Assembly (NCBI GenBank): GCA_017466445.1
Contig: JAFTUC010000019.1
Span: forward strand, 1-24,000
Direction of reading: 5' to 3'
Origin: Clostridia bacterium
GTDB lineage: Bacteria; Bacillota; Clostridia; Oscillospirales; CAG-272
Length of the DNA stretch: 24,000 nucleotides
Shown here: positions 7,695 through 16,963 of the stretch, piece by piece
Layout: each line of letters starts with the position of its first letter
Position numbering within the stretch: position 1 is the first letter of the stretch
Notes under the pieces: generated by a model
The model's input: only the letters and a program-made list of their open reading frames with translations
Database searches by the model: none
What the model was told of the DNA's origin: nothing
Program-made: the position numbers and the translations under genes

Positions 7695-8123
7695 ATGATC
7701 GGACTTACACCTTACTACACAAGAAGCGTAAACGCATACAACCCCTTTTATGAGCTCGACAGACTCGAAAGAGCCTTCTTCGGTGACAGAACACAGCCTG
7801 TCGCGTTCAGGACGGATATAAGCGAAAAGGATAACGCTTATATTATCGAGTCCGACCTCCCCGGTATCAGCAAAGAGGATATCGATATAAATATCGGGGA
7901 CGGAGTTCTCACTGTCAAGGCTGAGAGGAAGCTTGAAAGCTCGGAGAATGATAACGGATACATCCGCAGAGAAAGAGCGTACGGCGTATTTGAGCGCAGC
8001 TTCAATATTTCGGATATTGATGCCGAAAAGATCGACGCCGAGTTCAAGGACGGAGTGCTTAAGCTGACGCTTCCCAAAAAGCAGATCGAGGAGCCTGTAT
8101 CAAGAAGGCTTGAGATAAGATAA
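7695..8123 (+). CDS. hsp20: Hsp20/alpha-crystallin small heat shock protein
   Basis: RTDISEKDNAYIIESDLPGISKEDIDINIGDGVLTVKAERK...YIRRERAYGVFERSFNISD...KFKDGVLKLTLPKK-type ACD domain. ATG at 7695 with CGGAGG ribosome-binding site at 7681; upstream CIRCE. Confidence 0.95.
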   Translation: MIGLTPYYTRSVNAYNPFYELDRLERAFFGDRTQPVAFRTDISEKDNAYIIESDLPGISKEDIDINIGDGVLTVKAERKLESSENDNGYIRRERAYGVFERSFNISDIDAEKIDAEFKDGVLKLTLPKKQIEEPVSRRLEIR

Positions 8124-8130
8124 AATAAAT

Positions 8131-8166
8131 AAAAGATCAGCAGAGAGATCTCTCTGCTGATCTTTT
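8131..8166. terminator. Bidirectional intrinsic terminator between hsp20 and the lipoprotein gene
   Basis: AAAAGATCAGCAGAGA-GATC-TCTCTGCTGATCTTTT, perfect 16-bp palindrome arms. Confidence 0.93.
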
Positions 8167-8168
8167 AT

Positions 8169-8996
8169 TTATTTAAGATACCAGGTGAGCGGAGTTATGT
8201 ATATATCGAAGATATCGATATAATGGATCGGAATTACTCTTTCCCAGTTGTGGCTTACGGCCTCGTCGTAATACTCGAATTCTATTACGCAGGAGCCGTC
8301 GTGACGCTCGTATTTTATAAGATTTCCGTCATCATCGTACGAATATTTTTCGTAATCGGGGATCTCCTTACTCTTTTCCGGCTCGGCGTCTCCGACTGCC
8401 GTGTACGCAACGTAGGTGACCTTTTCAAAGCGTCCGTCCTTGCCTATTATGTACTCGCGGTAGGAATCGGTGCGGGTGATGACGCCGTTGTCATTTCTTA
8501 AGGAGTGACCCTTCGATCTGGTAACGGTTTTGGTGTCCGCATCGTAGGTAAAGAGCTCGGACTCTGTGTCAAGAGACGGAACGCCGTTTTTGTCGTAGCT
8601 TACCTTCCAGCTCTCGGTCGGTTTGTCCTCGTTGAATATCTCGGTTATTTTTTGATCGTCATCGTATATGAATACGGGAAGCTCAATATCATTGCTTAAC
8701 CAGAGGATCGAAAATTTCTTGCTTTCGGGATCGAAGATGCCCTTGTAATTTTCGATCGGATCCTTGAAATAATCCATATAAGACTCGAAATTGCAGACGT
8801 TTTCGTCCCAGCTTACATTGCAAACGACCGTCTCACCCTCGTACGTGACGGTCACCTTTTTGAGTCTTTTAAAATTGACAGAGTCGGGATCCTTATCCTT
8901 CTTTCCGCTATCGTCCGAGCCGTCTGACGGAGCACATCCCGCAAAGGCGAGCAGGAGTACGGATATCAAAAGAAGGATAGATAATAGTCTTTTCAT
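8169..8996 (-). CDS. Hypothetical lipoprotein
   Basis: Signal peptide with lipobox: MKRLLSILLLISVLLLAFAGC, then acidic Ser/Asp-rich linker and a Tyr/Asp-rich repeat-like body (YDDDQKI, YDKNG, YDADTKT, YDDDGNL). Confidence 0.75.
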   Translation of the reverse strand: MKRLLSILLLISVLLLAFAGCAPSDGSDDSGKKDKDPDSVNFKRLKKVTVTYEGETVVCNVSWDENVCNFESYMDYFKDPIENYKGIFDPESKKFSILWLSNDIELPVFIYDDDQKITEIFNEDKPTESWKVSYDKNGVPSLDTESELFTYDADTKTVTRSKGHSLRNDNGVITRTDSYREYIIGKDGRFEKVTYVAYTAVGDAEPEKSKEIPDYEKYSYDDDGNLIKYERHDGSCVIEFEYYDEAVSHNWERVIPIHYIDIFDIYITPLTWYLK

Positions 8997-9015
8997 CGCT
9001 TTTTTCTCCTTTTTA

Positions 9016-11250
9016 TTACATATAACCGCGTCTTACATCGAAAACGTGATCTATCATACGAAGCCGTGCCATTATAGATTTAAAATGCTCGATATTCTTG
9101 CATCCAACAACAAGATTCACCGTAATATCGTTGTCTCTGCTGTGTGTGTTGATCTGATAGAGCATTACTCTCATCTCGGCGATCGCGGAGGTTATGCTTG
9201 CGATAAGCTGGATATCGTTTTCGGCAAACACCTGGATAAACGATTCGTAAAGTCCGTCCTGCTTCTTCTCCTCGGGAGCCTCCTCCCAGAATATGCTGAT
9301 AAAGCGGTCGACCTTTTCGGGCTTTTTGAGACCGGAAACTACGTTTATGCAATCACGCTTGTGTACGGACACTCCGGAGCCGCGGGTGATGAATCCGATT
9401 ATCTTGTCGCCGGGCAGCGGATTGCAGCATTTTGCGAATTTTACCTCGCAGCCATCGAGTCCGTCAACAATGACCCCGCTCGAGGAGGTCCTGCGTCTGA
9501 CCGCGGTCTTTATCTCGACATCGGGCACGCTCTTTTGTGTGGGTACCTGCTCGATAGGCTTTACGACCTTGTCAAATTCGTCGCGAAGCTTCGTTTGTAT
9601 CTTGCTTACGCTGAGACCGCCGTATCCGATCGTGTTGAGAAGATCGTCGACAGTTTGAAAGCCCATTCGCGAGGCGATCTTTGAAAGTATCTCGTCGCGC
9701 TGAGCTGCATTATACGGTCTTCCGAAGTGACGGAATTCCTTTTCGATCTCGCTGCGTCCGACGACGATGTTTTCGGGACGCTTCTCCTTTTTGAACCACT
9801 GCCTGATCTTGTTTCTTGCCTCGCCTGTTTTGACCGTGTTCAGCCAATTACGCTTGGGTCCCTTTGAGGAAGAGGAGGTCAGTATCTCAACTATATCTCC
9901 GTTGTGGGGACTTCTGTCTATAGGCGATATTATTCCGTTGACCTTTGCGCCGATCATGCTGTTTCCGACGCCCGAATGTATCGCGTAAGCGAAGTCTATG
10001 AGAGTAGCGCCCTGGGGAAGAGCGACAACGTCTCCCTTTGGGGTGAATACGAATACCTCGTCATGGAATATATCGACCTTGAGGGCGCGTAAGAATTCGT
10101 CGGGATCGCGCGTGTTGTCCTCGGTCTCGATAAGCTTTGCTATCCATTCGAGCTTTGTATCGATCTCCTCGGAGCTTCTTCTGTCGCCCGACTTGTATTT
10201 CCAGTGTGCGGCGACACCGTATTCCGCGATCTGATGCATCTTTCGCGTTCTTATCTGCACCTCAAAGGGGATTCCGTCACGGCCTATGACCGTGGTGTGG
10301 AGCGACTGATACATATTAGGCTTGGGAGTAGATATATAGTCCTTGAAGCGTCCGGGGACCGACTTGTACGCATCGTGTATAAGACCGAGCACCGTGTAGC
10401 AGTCAAGCTCTGTCTGAGTTATTATCCTTACCGCGTAAAAGTCGTATATCTCGTCAAAGCTCTTGTTCTGATTGAACATTTTACGGTAGATACTGTATAC
10501 GCTCTTTACTCGTCCCTCGAGCGAATAATCGATGTGGTATTCATCAAGCTTTTCGGAGAGCATCTCCTTTGTACGGGTTATAAAGTCACGGTTCTGACCG
10601 TATTTTTCATCTATGTCCGCCTTGACCTCGGCATATCCGATCGGATCGAGGAAGGAAAGCGAGAGATTTTCGAGCTCCTGCTTGATACGCTGCATACCGA
10701 GTCGGTGTGCGAGCGGAGCATAGACCTGCATGGTCTCGTGCGCAACGTTTCGTCTTTTTTCGTCGCGGCGGACCGAAAGGGTACGCATATTGTGGAGCCT
10801 GTCGCAAAGCTTTATGAAGATGACTCTGATGTCCTTCGACATTGCGAGAAACATCTTGCGAAGGTTCTCCATATGCTCCTCTTCCTTGTCATCGAAGGGG
10901 ATCTTTACGAGCTTCGTGAGTCCGTCGACGAGCATTTCGATGGTGGAGCCGAATTCCTTTCTGATGCTTTCAAGAGAGACCGAGCAGTCCTCGACAGTGT
11001 CATGAAGAAGTGCGGCACAGATGGAATCGGTGTCAAGTCCGAGTGAATATACGATCTCGGCTACCGCTATCGGATGTATTATATACGGCTCACCGCTTAC
11101 TCTGTACTGACCCGCGTGAAGCTTTTCGGCAAACAGATATGCCTTTTCTATTTTTGCAATGTCATATTTGGTCGGATTTTCGCTGAGAAGCGCCTTTAAA
11201 CGGTCAAAATTTGAATTATACTGTTCTATAGAGCTTAAACCGTTATCCAT
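9016..11250 (-). CDS. rel: Bifunctional (p)ppGpp synthetase/hydrolase, RelA/SpoT family
   Basis: 744 aa; HD domain (HAGQYRVSGEPYIIHPIAVA, LLHDTVEDC), synthetase (GRVKSVYSIYRKM, YDFYAVRIITQ, FKDYISTPKPNMYQSLHTTV), TGS (VFVFTPKGDVVALPQGATLIDFAYAIHSGVG), C-terminal ACT. Confidence 0.97.
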   Translation of the reverse strand: MDNGLSSIEQYNSNFDRLKALLSENPTKYDIAKIEKAYLFAEKLHAGQYRVSGEPYIIHPIAVAEIVYSLGLDTDSICAALLHDTVEDCSVSLESIRKEFGSTIEMLVDGLTKLVKIPFDDKEEEHMENLRKMFLAMSKDIRVIFIKLCDRLHNMRTLSVRRDEKRRNVAHETMQVYAPLAHRLGMQRIKQELENLSLSFLDPIGYAEVKADIDEKYGQNRDFITRTKEMLSEKLDEYHIDYSLEGRVKSVYSIYRKMFNQNKSFDEIYDFYAVRIITQTELDCYTVLGLIHDAYKSVPGRFKDYISTPKPNMYQSLHTTVIGRDGIPFEVQIRTRKMHQIAEYGVAAHWKYKSGDRRSSEEIDTKLEWIAKLIETEDNTRDPDEFLRALKVDIFHDEVFVFTPKGDVVALPQGATLIDFAYAIHSGVGNSMIGAKVNGIISPIDRSPHNGDIVEILTSSSSKGPKRNWLNTVKTGEARNKIRQWFKKEKRPENIVVGRSEIEKEFRHFGRPYNAAQRDEILSKIASRMGFQTVDDLLNTIGYGGLSVSKIQTKLRDEFDKVVKPIEQVPTQKSVPDVEIKTAVRRRTSSSGVIVDGLDGCEVKFAKCCNPLPGDKIIGFITRGSGVSVHKRDCINVVSGLKKPEKVDRFISIFWEEAPEEKKQDGLYESFIQVFAENDIQLIASITSAIAEMRVMLYQINTHSRDNDITVNLVVGCKNIEHFKSIMARLRMIDHVFDVRRGYM

Positions 11251-11289
11251 AGCCGTGTGCCCCTTTCATTTTGATTTAACGGATCTGAA

Positions 11290-13425
11290 TTATTTGTCTG
11301 CGAGAGATCTCATTTTTACGTAGAAGGGAGATCTTTCGATATCTATCTTGTTTTTGACAAAATTTACGCTGAAACGGAAATTTTCATCACACTGATCGGA
11401 GAATTCAATGCTGACGAGACCGGTCTCGTTAAGCACCGAAAGAACTGTCATAAGCTTGCAGTATGAGATCTTTCCACCGAGACTGCGTATTATCTCGCGT
11501 ATTCCCGTGCAGTCGTCACGGTAGATACCGGGACGGCGCTTTAAATAAAGGTAGACCTGTGTGAAATCCTCCCTGCAGGGCAGGATATCGTCCTCTCTTT
11601 TGTAGGTCTTCCCGTCGAGTATGTCGCGGTAGAAACGCTTTTCCTGCTCGCTTATTCTGAAGGGAAGAGCCTCTGAGACCTTGAGATCCCGTACTATCAT
11701 CTGCACCTCGGTGACTCCCCTGAATTCGTTTATTCCGATAGTAAAGGCGAGATCGACCGTGTCTCCGATATATATAGGAAGGGAAGGACGCGAATGTCCG
11801 AAATAAAGAGCGCTCAGCGTGACGCCGTCCTTCTCAACGATAAGCTTCGTGTGCTTCTGCGCAAGCGAGATGACGTCCTTTACGCTCACGTCCTTCATAA
11901 AGAAGAGCGGACTCGGGTTTGAAACTCCGTACGGCTCGAGTAAAAGAAGCTCGTTTGCCTGCTCTACGGTGATGTCGGAGGGATCTATATAGGCGTCCGC
12001 CTCTATAGGGGTCACGCATAGCTCGTCGGAGACGTTTTCCCGTACGTAATCGTTGATGCGCTTTTTGAAAGCCTCGAAATTACCCCTCTCGACGGTAAGA
12101 CCTGCCGCAAGCTCGTGACCGCCGTACTTTACGAGCAGGTCGCTGCAGTAGGTGAGCGCGTCGACGAGATTTATTCCGTTTACGCTTCGTCCCGAGCCCT
12201 TTCCGATGTTGTTTTCGTCAAAGGAAACGAGGATAGAGGGCATTCCGAAGCGCTCTGTGATCCTTGATGCTACGATGCCGATGACTCCGTGATGCCAGTT
12301 TTCCTCCGAAAGAACGATCACCTTGTCATTTTCAAAATCGAAGCTGCTGCGGATCTTTTCCGCCGCCTCGTCGATTATTCGGTTCTCCTCGGCCTGACGT
12401 CTGCGGTTTATTTCGCAGAGCTCGTTTGCCATGTCGAGCGCACTCTCCTCGCTCGAGCCGAGAAAGAGTTTTACCGCCTTTTCGGCGCTTTCTATGCGCC
12501 CTGCGGCATTTATGCGCGGCGCTATGTTGAAGCTTATTACGGATGACGTGATCTTCTGAGGCGCTTTGGACTTTTTGTCATTTCCCGCAGCTGCCGAAAG
12601 AAGAGCCTTTATTCCGACCCTCGGGCAGGTGTTGAGCAGGGAAAGACCCTCGGTGACGAGAAGTCTGTTTTCGCTGATCAGCGGCATTACGTCAGCGACC
12701 GTTCCGATGGCGACGAGATCGACGAATTTTTTCGCACCGATCATGCTTCCCGTCCGTCTTTTTTCGAGAGCGCAGATCAGCTTGAAGACTACACCGACTC
12801 CCGCAAGCTCGCAGAAGGGATAGGCGCTGTCATCTCGCATAGGATTTACTACGGCGATCGCCTTAGGAAGCTCTGAAAGACATTCGTGATGATCGGTCAC
12901 GACGACGTCGATACCGAGAGATGATGCGTACAGTATCTCCTCAAGTGCGGTCACGCCCGTGTCTACCGTGATCATAAGAGAGACCTTTTTTTCGGAAAGC
13001 TGGAATATCGCGTCGTTGTTGACTCCGTATCCCTCGGTGCTTCTGCTCGGTATGTAATATTCGGGCGAGAGTCCGATCTCGCAAAGATAGGTGTAAAGAA
13101 TGCTCACCGACGTGACACCGTCAACGTCGTAGTCACCGTATATCACCGTTTTTTCTTTGTTTTTGGCGGCCTCGAGTATTCTGTCTACCGCCTTGTCCAT
13201 GTCGGGCATGAGAAAAGGATCGTAATAGCTTACGGACGAGGAGTCTATAAATGCGCGTGCCTTTTCGGGTGTGTTGTGACCTCTGTTATATATGAGCAGG
13301 GCGGTGAGCGGCGTTACGCCAAGACTTTCGGCAAGAGCGACGACGTCGGGATCGCTTGCCCTTTTCTGAGAGCGCAGAGCCCATTTTTTTTCGTTAGATG
13401 CGGTATTTTCGTAAACGTTTGCCAT
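11290..13425 (-). CDS. recJ: Single-stranded-DNA-specific exonuclease RecJ
   Basis: 711 aa; VIYGDYDVDGVTSVSILY, VVTDHHE, AVVNPMRDDSAYPFCELAGVGVVFKL, FNIAPRINAAGR, KYGGHELAAGLTV. Confidence 0.97.
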   Translation of the reverse strand: MANVYENTASNEKKWALRSQKRASDPDVVALAESLGVTPLTALLIYNRGHNTPEKARAFIDSSSVSYYDPFLMPDMDKAVDRILEAAKNKEKTVIYGDYDVDGVTSVSILYTYLCEIGLSPEYYIPSRSTEGYGVNNDAIFQLSEKKVSLMITVDTGVTALEEILYASSLGIDVVVTDHHECLSELPKAIAVVNPMRDDSAYPFCELAGVGVVFKLICALEKRRTGSMIGAKKFVDLVAIGTVADVMPLISENRLLVTEGLSLLNTCPRVGIKALLSAAAGNDKKSKAPQKITSSVISFNIAPRINAAGRIESAEKAVKLFLGSSEESALDMANELCEINRRRQAEENRIIDEAAEKIRSSFDFENDKVIVLSEENWHHGVIGIVASRITERFGMPSILVSFDENNIGKGSGRSVNGINLVDALTYCSDLLVKYGGHELAAGLTVERGNFEAFKKRINDYVRENVSDELCVTPIEADAYIDPSDITVEQANELLLLEPYGVSNPSPLFFMKDVSVKDVISLAQKHTKLIVEKDGVTLSALYFGHSRPSLPIYIGDTVDLAFTIGINEFRGVTEVQMIVRDLKVSEALPFRISEQEKRFYRDILDGKTYKREDDILPCREDFTQVYLYLKRRPGIYRDDCTGIREIIRSLGGKISYCKLMTVLSVLNETGLVSIEFSDQCDENFRFSVNFVKNKIDIERSPFYVKMRSLADK

Positions 13426-13465
13426 TTATCCTCCGAGTGGATGTGAAAAAACTACTATGATTTGT

Positions 13466-13500
13466 AAAAGACGCCCGAACACTCGTTAAGGGCGTCTTTT
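13466..13500 (-). terminator. Intrinsic terminator downstream of cdaR
   Basis: AAAAGACGCCC - 13 nt - GGGCGTCTTTT, 11-bp stem with U tract on either strand. Confidence 0.88.
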
Positions 13501-13526
13501 ATTTTGCGTGTTTGTCTGCTTGGATC

Positions 13527-14867
13527 TTAAAGAGGAGTGACCTCTCCTCCGATAGACGGAGTGTTGTCGCTTATCTGCGAGGCACCCACTACTACCGTGT
13601 ACGGCATATCGAGAATGTAGATCGAGTCTCTGAAATTCTCTGCTACCAGAAGTATTACCGGGATCTCATCGCCCTCCTTGGCGCTCGTTGCGTCCGCGCT
13701 CGCTATTATGCAGGAAACGGGAAGCTTTGATCCGATAAGCGAGGGATCGGCAGTCGATGAGAAGCGTACGAGTACGTTTATGTCGGTCTGCGCGCTGAGT
13801 CCGCTTGTTGAAAGGAGCTCGACGTTTTTAGCGGGGATCTTGACGTAGGTGTGCTTTATTTCGGATACGAATATGCTGACCTCCGCCTCGGTGACCTCGC
13901 TTCCGTCGGTAGCTACCATACGTACTCCGTCGGGAAGAGAAATATCACTTACAGTGAAGCTTCTGTCGGTAAGCTCTTTTGTCTCGTCTATGTCAGCGAC
14001 CGAGATATACGAGATCTTTTCTATCGCCTCGGGAGAGCCGATAAGAGTAACAGACGAGGGAGATACGCTTACGTTACTGTCGTCGAAATATCCGTGCTTG
14101 CCGCTCGCAGTGAGCTTTACCGTCTTTTCCATGTATATAGAAAGCTTTACGGTCAGAATATCGGTGTTCACCTTTACGCTGAGGTTTTTGCTCTTTATCT
14201 CGTCACCGAATTTGTCGATGAGAATGACCTCTGCGGCTACCGTCTGTCCGTTAGTCGCGTTTCCTATGCTCGATGTGCGTACCTTTATGCTGTCAACAGA
14301 GTCAAGCTCAAGCGTGGGACCGCTTACGGTCGCCTTGGTCGCGTTTACCGTGCTTTTGTCGAAATGGCATCCCGATCCGAGATTCCACCCGAAGAGCTCA
14401 ACCGAATCGGACGAGATCATGAAGATCTTTTCGCTCGATTTGTCCACGGTGACAGTCACCTTTTCGACTGTCTGCGCGGTAAGAGTCGTCTTGTCGGGAG
14501 TCGTTATGTTGACGTTCAGGGAATATTCGCCCGGCTGAGTGATCGACTCGAGTGATATTTGCGCCTTTATGTCCGACTTGGAAACGCTTCGTACCTCACG
14601 CTGACTTCCCATTATAGTGACGTTGACAGTATCGATGCTTATCGACTGTACCACGAGCCCGTGCTGTTTTATCTGCGTGTTGTCGTATTCTATATCGATA
14701 AGATTAAAGGTCTCCTCTACGGTTATGTTGTCAAGACTTGTCGCGTAGAGCCAAAAGGTAAAAGCAAGAACGAGCGATACTATCCAGAGTATCCATATTC
14801 GCCTTTTCTTGGGACCGACACCCGCTATATTTGCCTTTTTTATGTTACTCAAATCTGCTACCTCCAA
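13527..14867 (-). CDS. cdaR: YbbR-domain protein CdaR (regulator of diadenylate cyclase)
   Basis: 446 aa; N-terminal TM (IWILWIVSLVLAFTFWLYATSLDN), repeated YbbR-type domains (V.VTIMGSQREVRSVSKSDIKAQISLE; VTLIGSPEAIEKISYISVADIDETKEL). Directly downstream of cdaA. Confidence 0.88.
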   Translation of the reverse strand: MEVADLSNIKKANIAGVGPKKRRIWILWIVSLVLAFTFWLYATSLDNITVEETFNLIDIEYDNTQIKQHGLVVQSISIDTVNVTIMGSQREVRSVSKSDIKAQISLESITQPGEYSLNVNITTPDKTTLTAQTVEKVTVTVDKSSEKIFMISSDSVELFGWNLGSGCHFDKSTVNATKATVSGPTLELDSVDSIKVRTSSIGNATNGQTVAAEVILIDKFGDEIKSKNLSVKVNTDILTVKLSIYMEKTVKLTASGKHGYFDDSNVSVSPSSVTLIGSPEAIEKISYISVADIDETKELTDRSFTVSDISLPDGVRMVATDGSEVTEAEVSIFVSEIKHTYVKIPAKNVELLSTSGLSAQTDINVLVRFSSTADPSLIGSKLPVSCIIASADATSAKEGDEIPVILLVAENFRDSIYILDMPYTVVVGASQISDNTPSIGGEVTPL

Positions 14868-14907
14868 ACGGACCTGCCGTTTTCAGTTTGTTTGCTGCCT
14901 TGCGTGA

Positions 14908-15771
14908 TCATTTCTTTTTGAATATGTTGAATATGCCTCTTCCGGAGGTCTTTTTAGCTTCGCTCTCGATGATCGAGTCCGGGTTTATGAGAACGCTGCC
15001 AAGCTTGTTTTTCAGCGAGGAATAATCGTATCCGCGCTGAAGATCGCCGTCTATGACGGTCGATATCGTTCCCGTCTCCTCGCTGACGACCACGACTATG
15101 GCATCGCTTATCTCGCTTATGCCGAGTGCGGCACGGTGACGGGTTCCGAGATCTCTGAGTATGTCCTCACGCTGAGAAAGAGGAAGAAAGCATCCCGCAG
15201 CATAGAGCCTGCCGTCTCTGATGACGACCGCTCCGTCATGAAGGGGAGCGCCCTTGAAGAATATGTTCCTGATGGCGAAATCGGAAAGCTCTGCGTCGAG
15301 AACAGTTCCGCTTTTGATGTACTCTCCGAGCTTTGTGGAGCGCTCGATCACTATGAGAGCGCCCGTCTTTTCGGAGGACATCTCGATAGCCGCCGTACAG
15401 ATTTCCTTTACCGATTCGGTTATCTTTTGCTGGTTTTTCGAATCCGTGAAGCTCTTGAAACCCTTAATCGGCTCGCCGCCCACCTTTTCAAGCGCGGAAC
15501 GGAGCTCCGGCTGGAAGATTATGAAGAGGACGATAAATCCGAACTGGAAGAAATATTCAAGAAGGAAGGTGACTGCAGTGAGATTGAAGAAGCTGCATAC
15601 GAGATTGAATAAAAGAAGTATTCCCACGCCCGCCGCGAGCTTTCCCGCACGTCGCTCTCTTAAAAAGTTTATGGCGACGTAAAGGAGGATCGCTACTATC
15701 GCGATGTCGATGAAATCCTTGAAGGATATCGATTTTATGATATCAAGGTAGGATAAAAGGATCTTTTTCAT
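14908..15771 (-). CDS. cdaA: Diadenylate cyclase CdaA (DisA_N domain)
   Basis: Three N-terminal TM segments, FQPELRSALEKVG, GALIVIERSTKLGEYIKSGTVLDAE, FFKGAPLHDGAVVIRDGRLYAAGCFLPLS, LGTRHRAALGISEISDAIVVVVSEETG. Confidence 0.97.
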   Translation of the reverse strand: MKKILLSYLDIIKSISFKDFIDIAIVAILLYVAINFLRERRAGKLAAGVGILLLFNLVCSFFNLTAVTFLLEYFFQFGFIVLFIIFQPELRSALEKVGGEPIKGFKSFTDSKNQQKITESVKEICTAAIEMSSEKTGALIVIERSTKLGEYIKSGTVLDAELSDFAIRNIFFKGAPLHDGAVVIRDGRLYAAGCFLPLSQREDILRDLGTRHRAALGISEISDAIVVVVSEETGTISTVIDGDLQRGYDYSSLKNKLGSVLINPDSIIESEAKKTSGRGIFNIFKKK

Positions 15772-15831
15772 GAGTCGCTCCTATCAGACTTTTGCTTAAT
15801 ATTGTATGCTATGACCGGAATGTCAGAGGAC

Positions 15832-16350
15832 TTATTCGGGAAAAATTATTTCGTCGTGACCGCATCTTTTCATTTCGGAAAAGAAGTATGCCGAAAGAGG
15901 TAAGTTCTCGAGCCTTTTTGACTTTCGTATTCTTTCACCGAGGAAGAGTATCGAGGTCGTAAGCTCGCTCTCAAGCTGGTAAAGCTCGGTCTCGGCATTC
16001 TTTATGGAGTTGCCTCTTTCCTTTTTTAAATCCTCGCTTTGCGAAACTGCGTCGATAAGAAGCGAGAGCTCGGCATCAAGCGAGATGTTTATGTCGCAGA
16101 GCTGCTGAGGAGTCGCATCTTCGGGAATGGGAAAATCCTTTTTGTCGGGAATCGCGCTTCCCGAAAGAAAGAACATGATGCCGTGTATCCTCTCATAGAC
16201 CTCGATACGCGAAAGAGTAAGCTCGCGAATCCTGTCTGTTGAAGTGTCGATGTCAGAGAGCACGGTACTGTAGTAAGCTCTCATAAGCAGCACAGTAAGT
16301 ACCGAGCATGCGCCCGATATGAGTACTGTTAAAAGTATGGGGAGCCACAA
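15832..16350 (-). CDS. Hypothetical membrane-anchored coiled-coil protein
   Basis: 172 aa with N-terminal TM helix (MWLPILLTVLISGACSVLTVLLM) and heptad-like downstream region; GTG/ATG start region upstream of cdaA on the same strand. Confidence 0.6.
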   Translation of the reverse strand: MWLPILLTVLISGACSVLTVLLMRAYYSTVLSDIDTSTDRIRELTLSRIEVYERIHGIMFFLSGSAIPDKKDFPIPEDATPQQLCDINISLDAELSLLIDAVSQSEDLKKERGNSIKNAETELYQLESELTTSILFLGERIRKSKRLENLPLSAYFFSEMKRCGHDEIIFPE

Positions 16351-16582
16351 GATGCCGTCACCTCCGTTTACTGTGATATGAAGCTCCGATATGCCAAAGG
16401 CAATTCTTCGTTAACATACATTATATAATATTATTTTGCCCGTGTCAACATGTATTACAAAAAATATAGAGAAAAGTTTTCACACTTTGCGTCTTTTACG
16501 GGTCAAAACGGCAGAAAAGTCGCCAAGCAGATAAATAATGCGCACAAAAAGCGAAAAAACGCTTAAAATTTCAAAAAATCTA

Positions 16583-16611
16583 TTGACAAATCGGGCAAGT
16601 TGTGGTAAACT
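16583..16611 (+). promoter_or_regulatory. Sigma-A-type promoter for the rpmG-secE-nusG(-rplK-rplA) cluster
   Basis: TTGACA (16583-16588), 17-bp spacer, TAAACT (16606-16611). Confidence 0.85.
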
Positions 16612-16723
16612 CGTTATACCTCTGCGGAGAGGGCTTGTTTTTTTGCGCGTAAAATTATGCGTTCCGGGATGCGTAAGGTGCGCTTTGCCCGCTGAACAGC
16701 TCCGTCTGAGGGAGGTAAAATCT

Positions 16724-16804
16724 ATGAGCTGCATCGGAGGGATCCGGTGCCGTCGGGTACTCTGCCGACGGAAGCTCAAAAATAATTGGGAGGTGCCGAC
16801 TTGA
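16724..16804 (+). CDS. Small ORF / putative leader peptide [26 protein letters not shown]
   Basis: GGGAGG ribosome-binding site at 16710-16715, 8-nt spacing to ATG 16724; 26 codons then TGA at 16802-16804, overlapping the TTG start of rpmG at 16801 (TTGA). Confidence 0.5.
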   Translation: MSCIGGIRCRRVLCRRKLKNNWEVPT

Positions 16805-16950
16805 GAGTAAAAATTACAATGGTGTGCAGTGAATGCAAGCAGAGAAACTACAATACTATGAAGAACAAGAAAAATGACCCGGACAGACTCGAAATGAATA
16901 AGTATTGTCGCTTCTGCAGAAAGCATACTCTGCATAAGGAATCGAAGTAG
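16801..16950 (+). CDS. rpmG: 50S ribosomal protein L33 (zinc-ribbon C+ form)
   Basis: Translation [49 protein letters not shown] from a TTG start; GGGAGG ribosome-binding site 7 nt upstream. Below the ORF-track size cutoff. CxxC...CxxC. Confidence 0.97.
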   Translation: MRVKITMVCSECKQRNYNTMKNKKNDPDRLEMNKYCRFCRKHTLHKESK

Positions 16951-16963
16951 GAGGTTTTGAAAA

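Noticed and set aside
8791-9684. 297-aa plus-strand ORF
   Set aside because: Antisense to the lipoprotein gene and rel; no family features.
10204-11046. 280-aa plus-strand ORF
   Set aside because: Antisense to rel synthetase/HD region, which shows clear motifs on the minus strand.
16538-16723. Upstream extension of the 88-aa ORF ending at 16804
   Set aside because: Its ATG lies upstream of the promoter; only the final 26 codons, beginning at ATG 16724, have a good ribosome-binding site.
16612-16800. tRNA-Trp between the promoter and rpmG, as seen in some Firmicutes
   Set aside because: No GTTCGAATC-type T-loop or acceptor stem pairing found in the interval.
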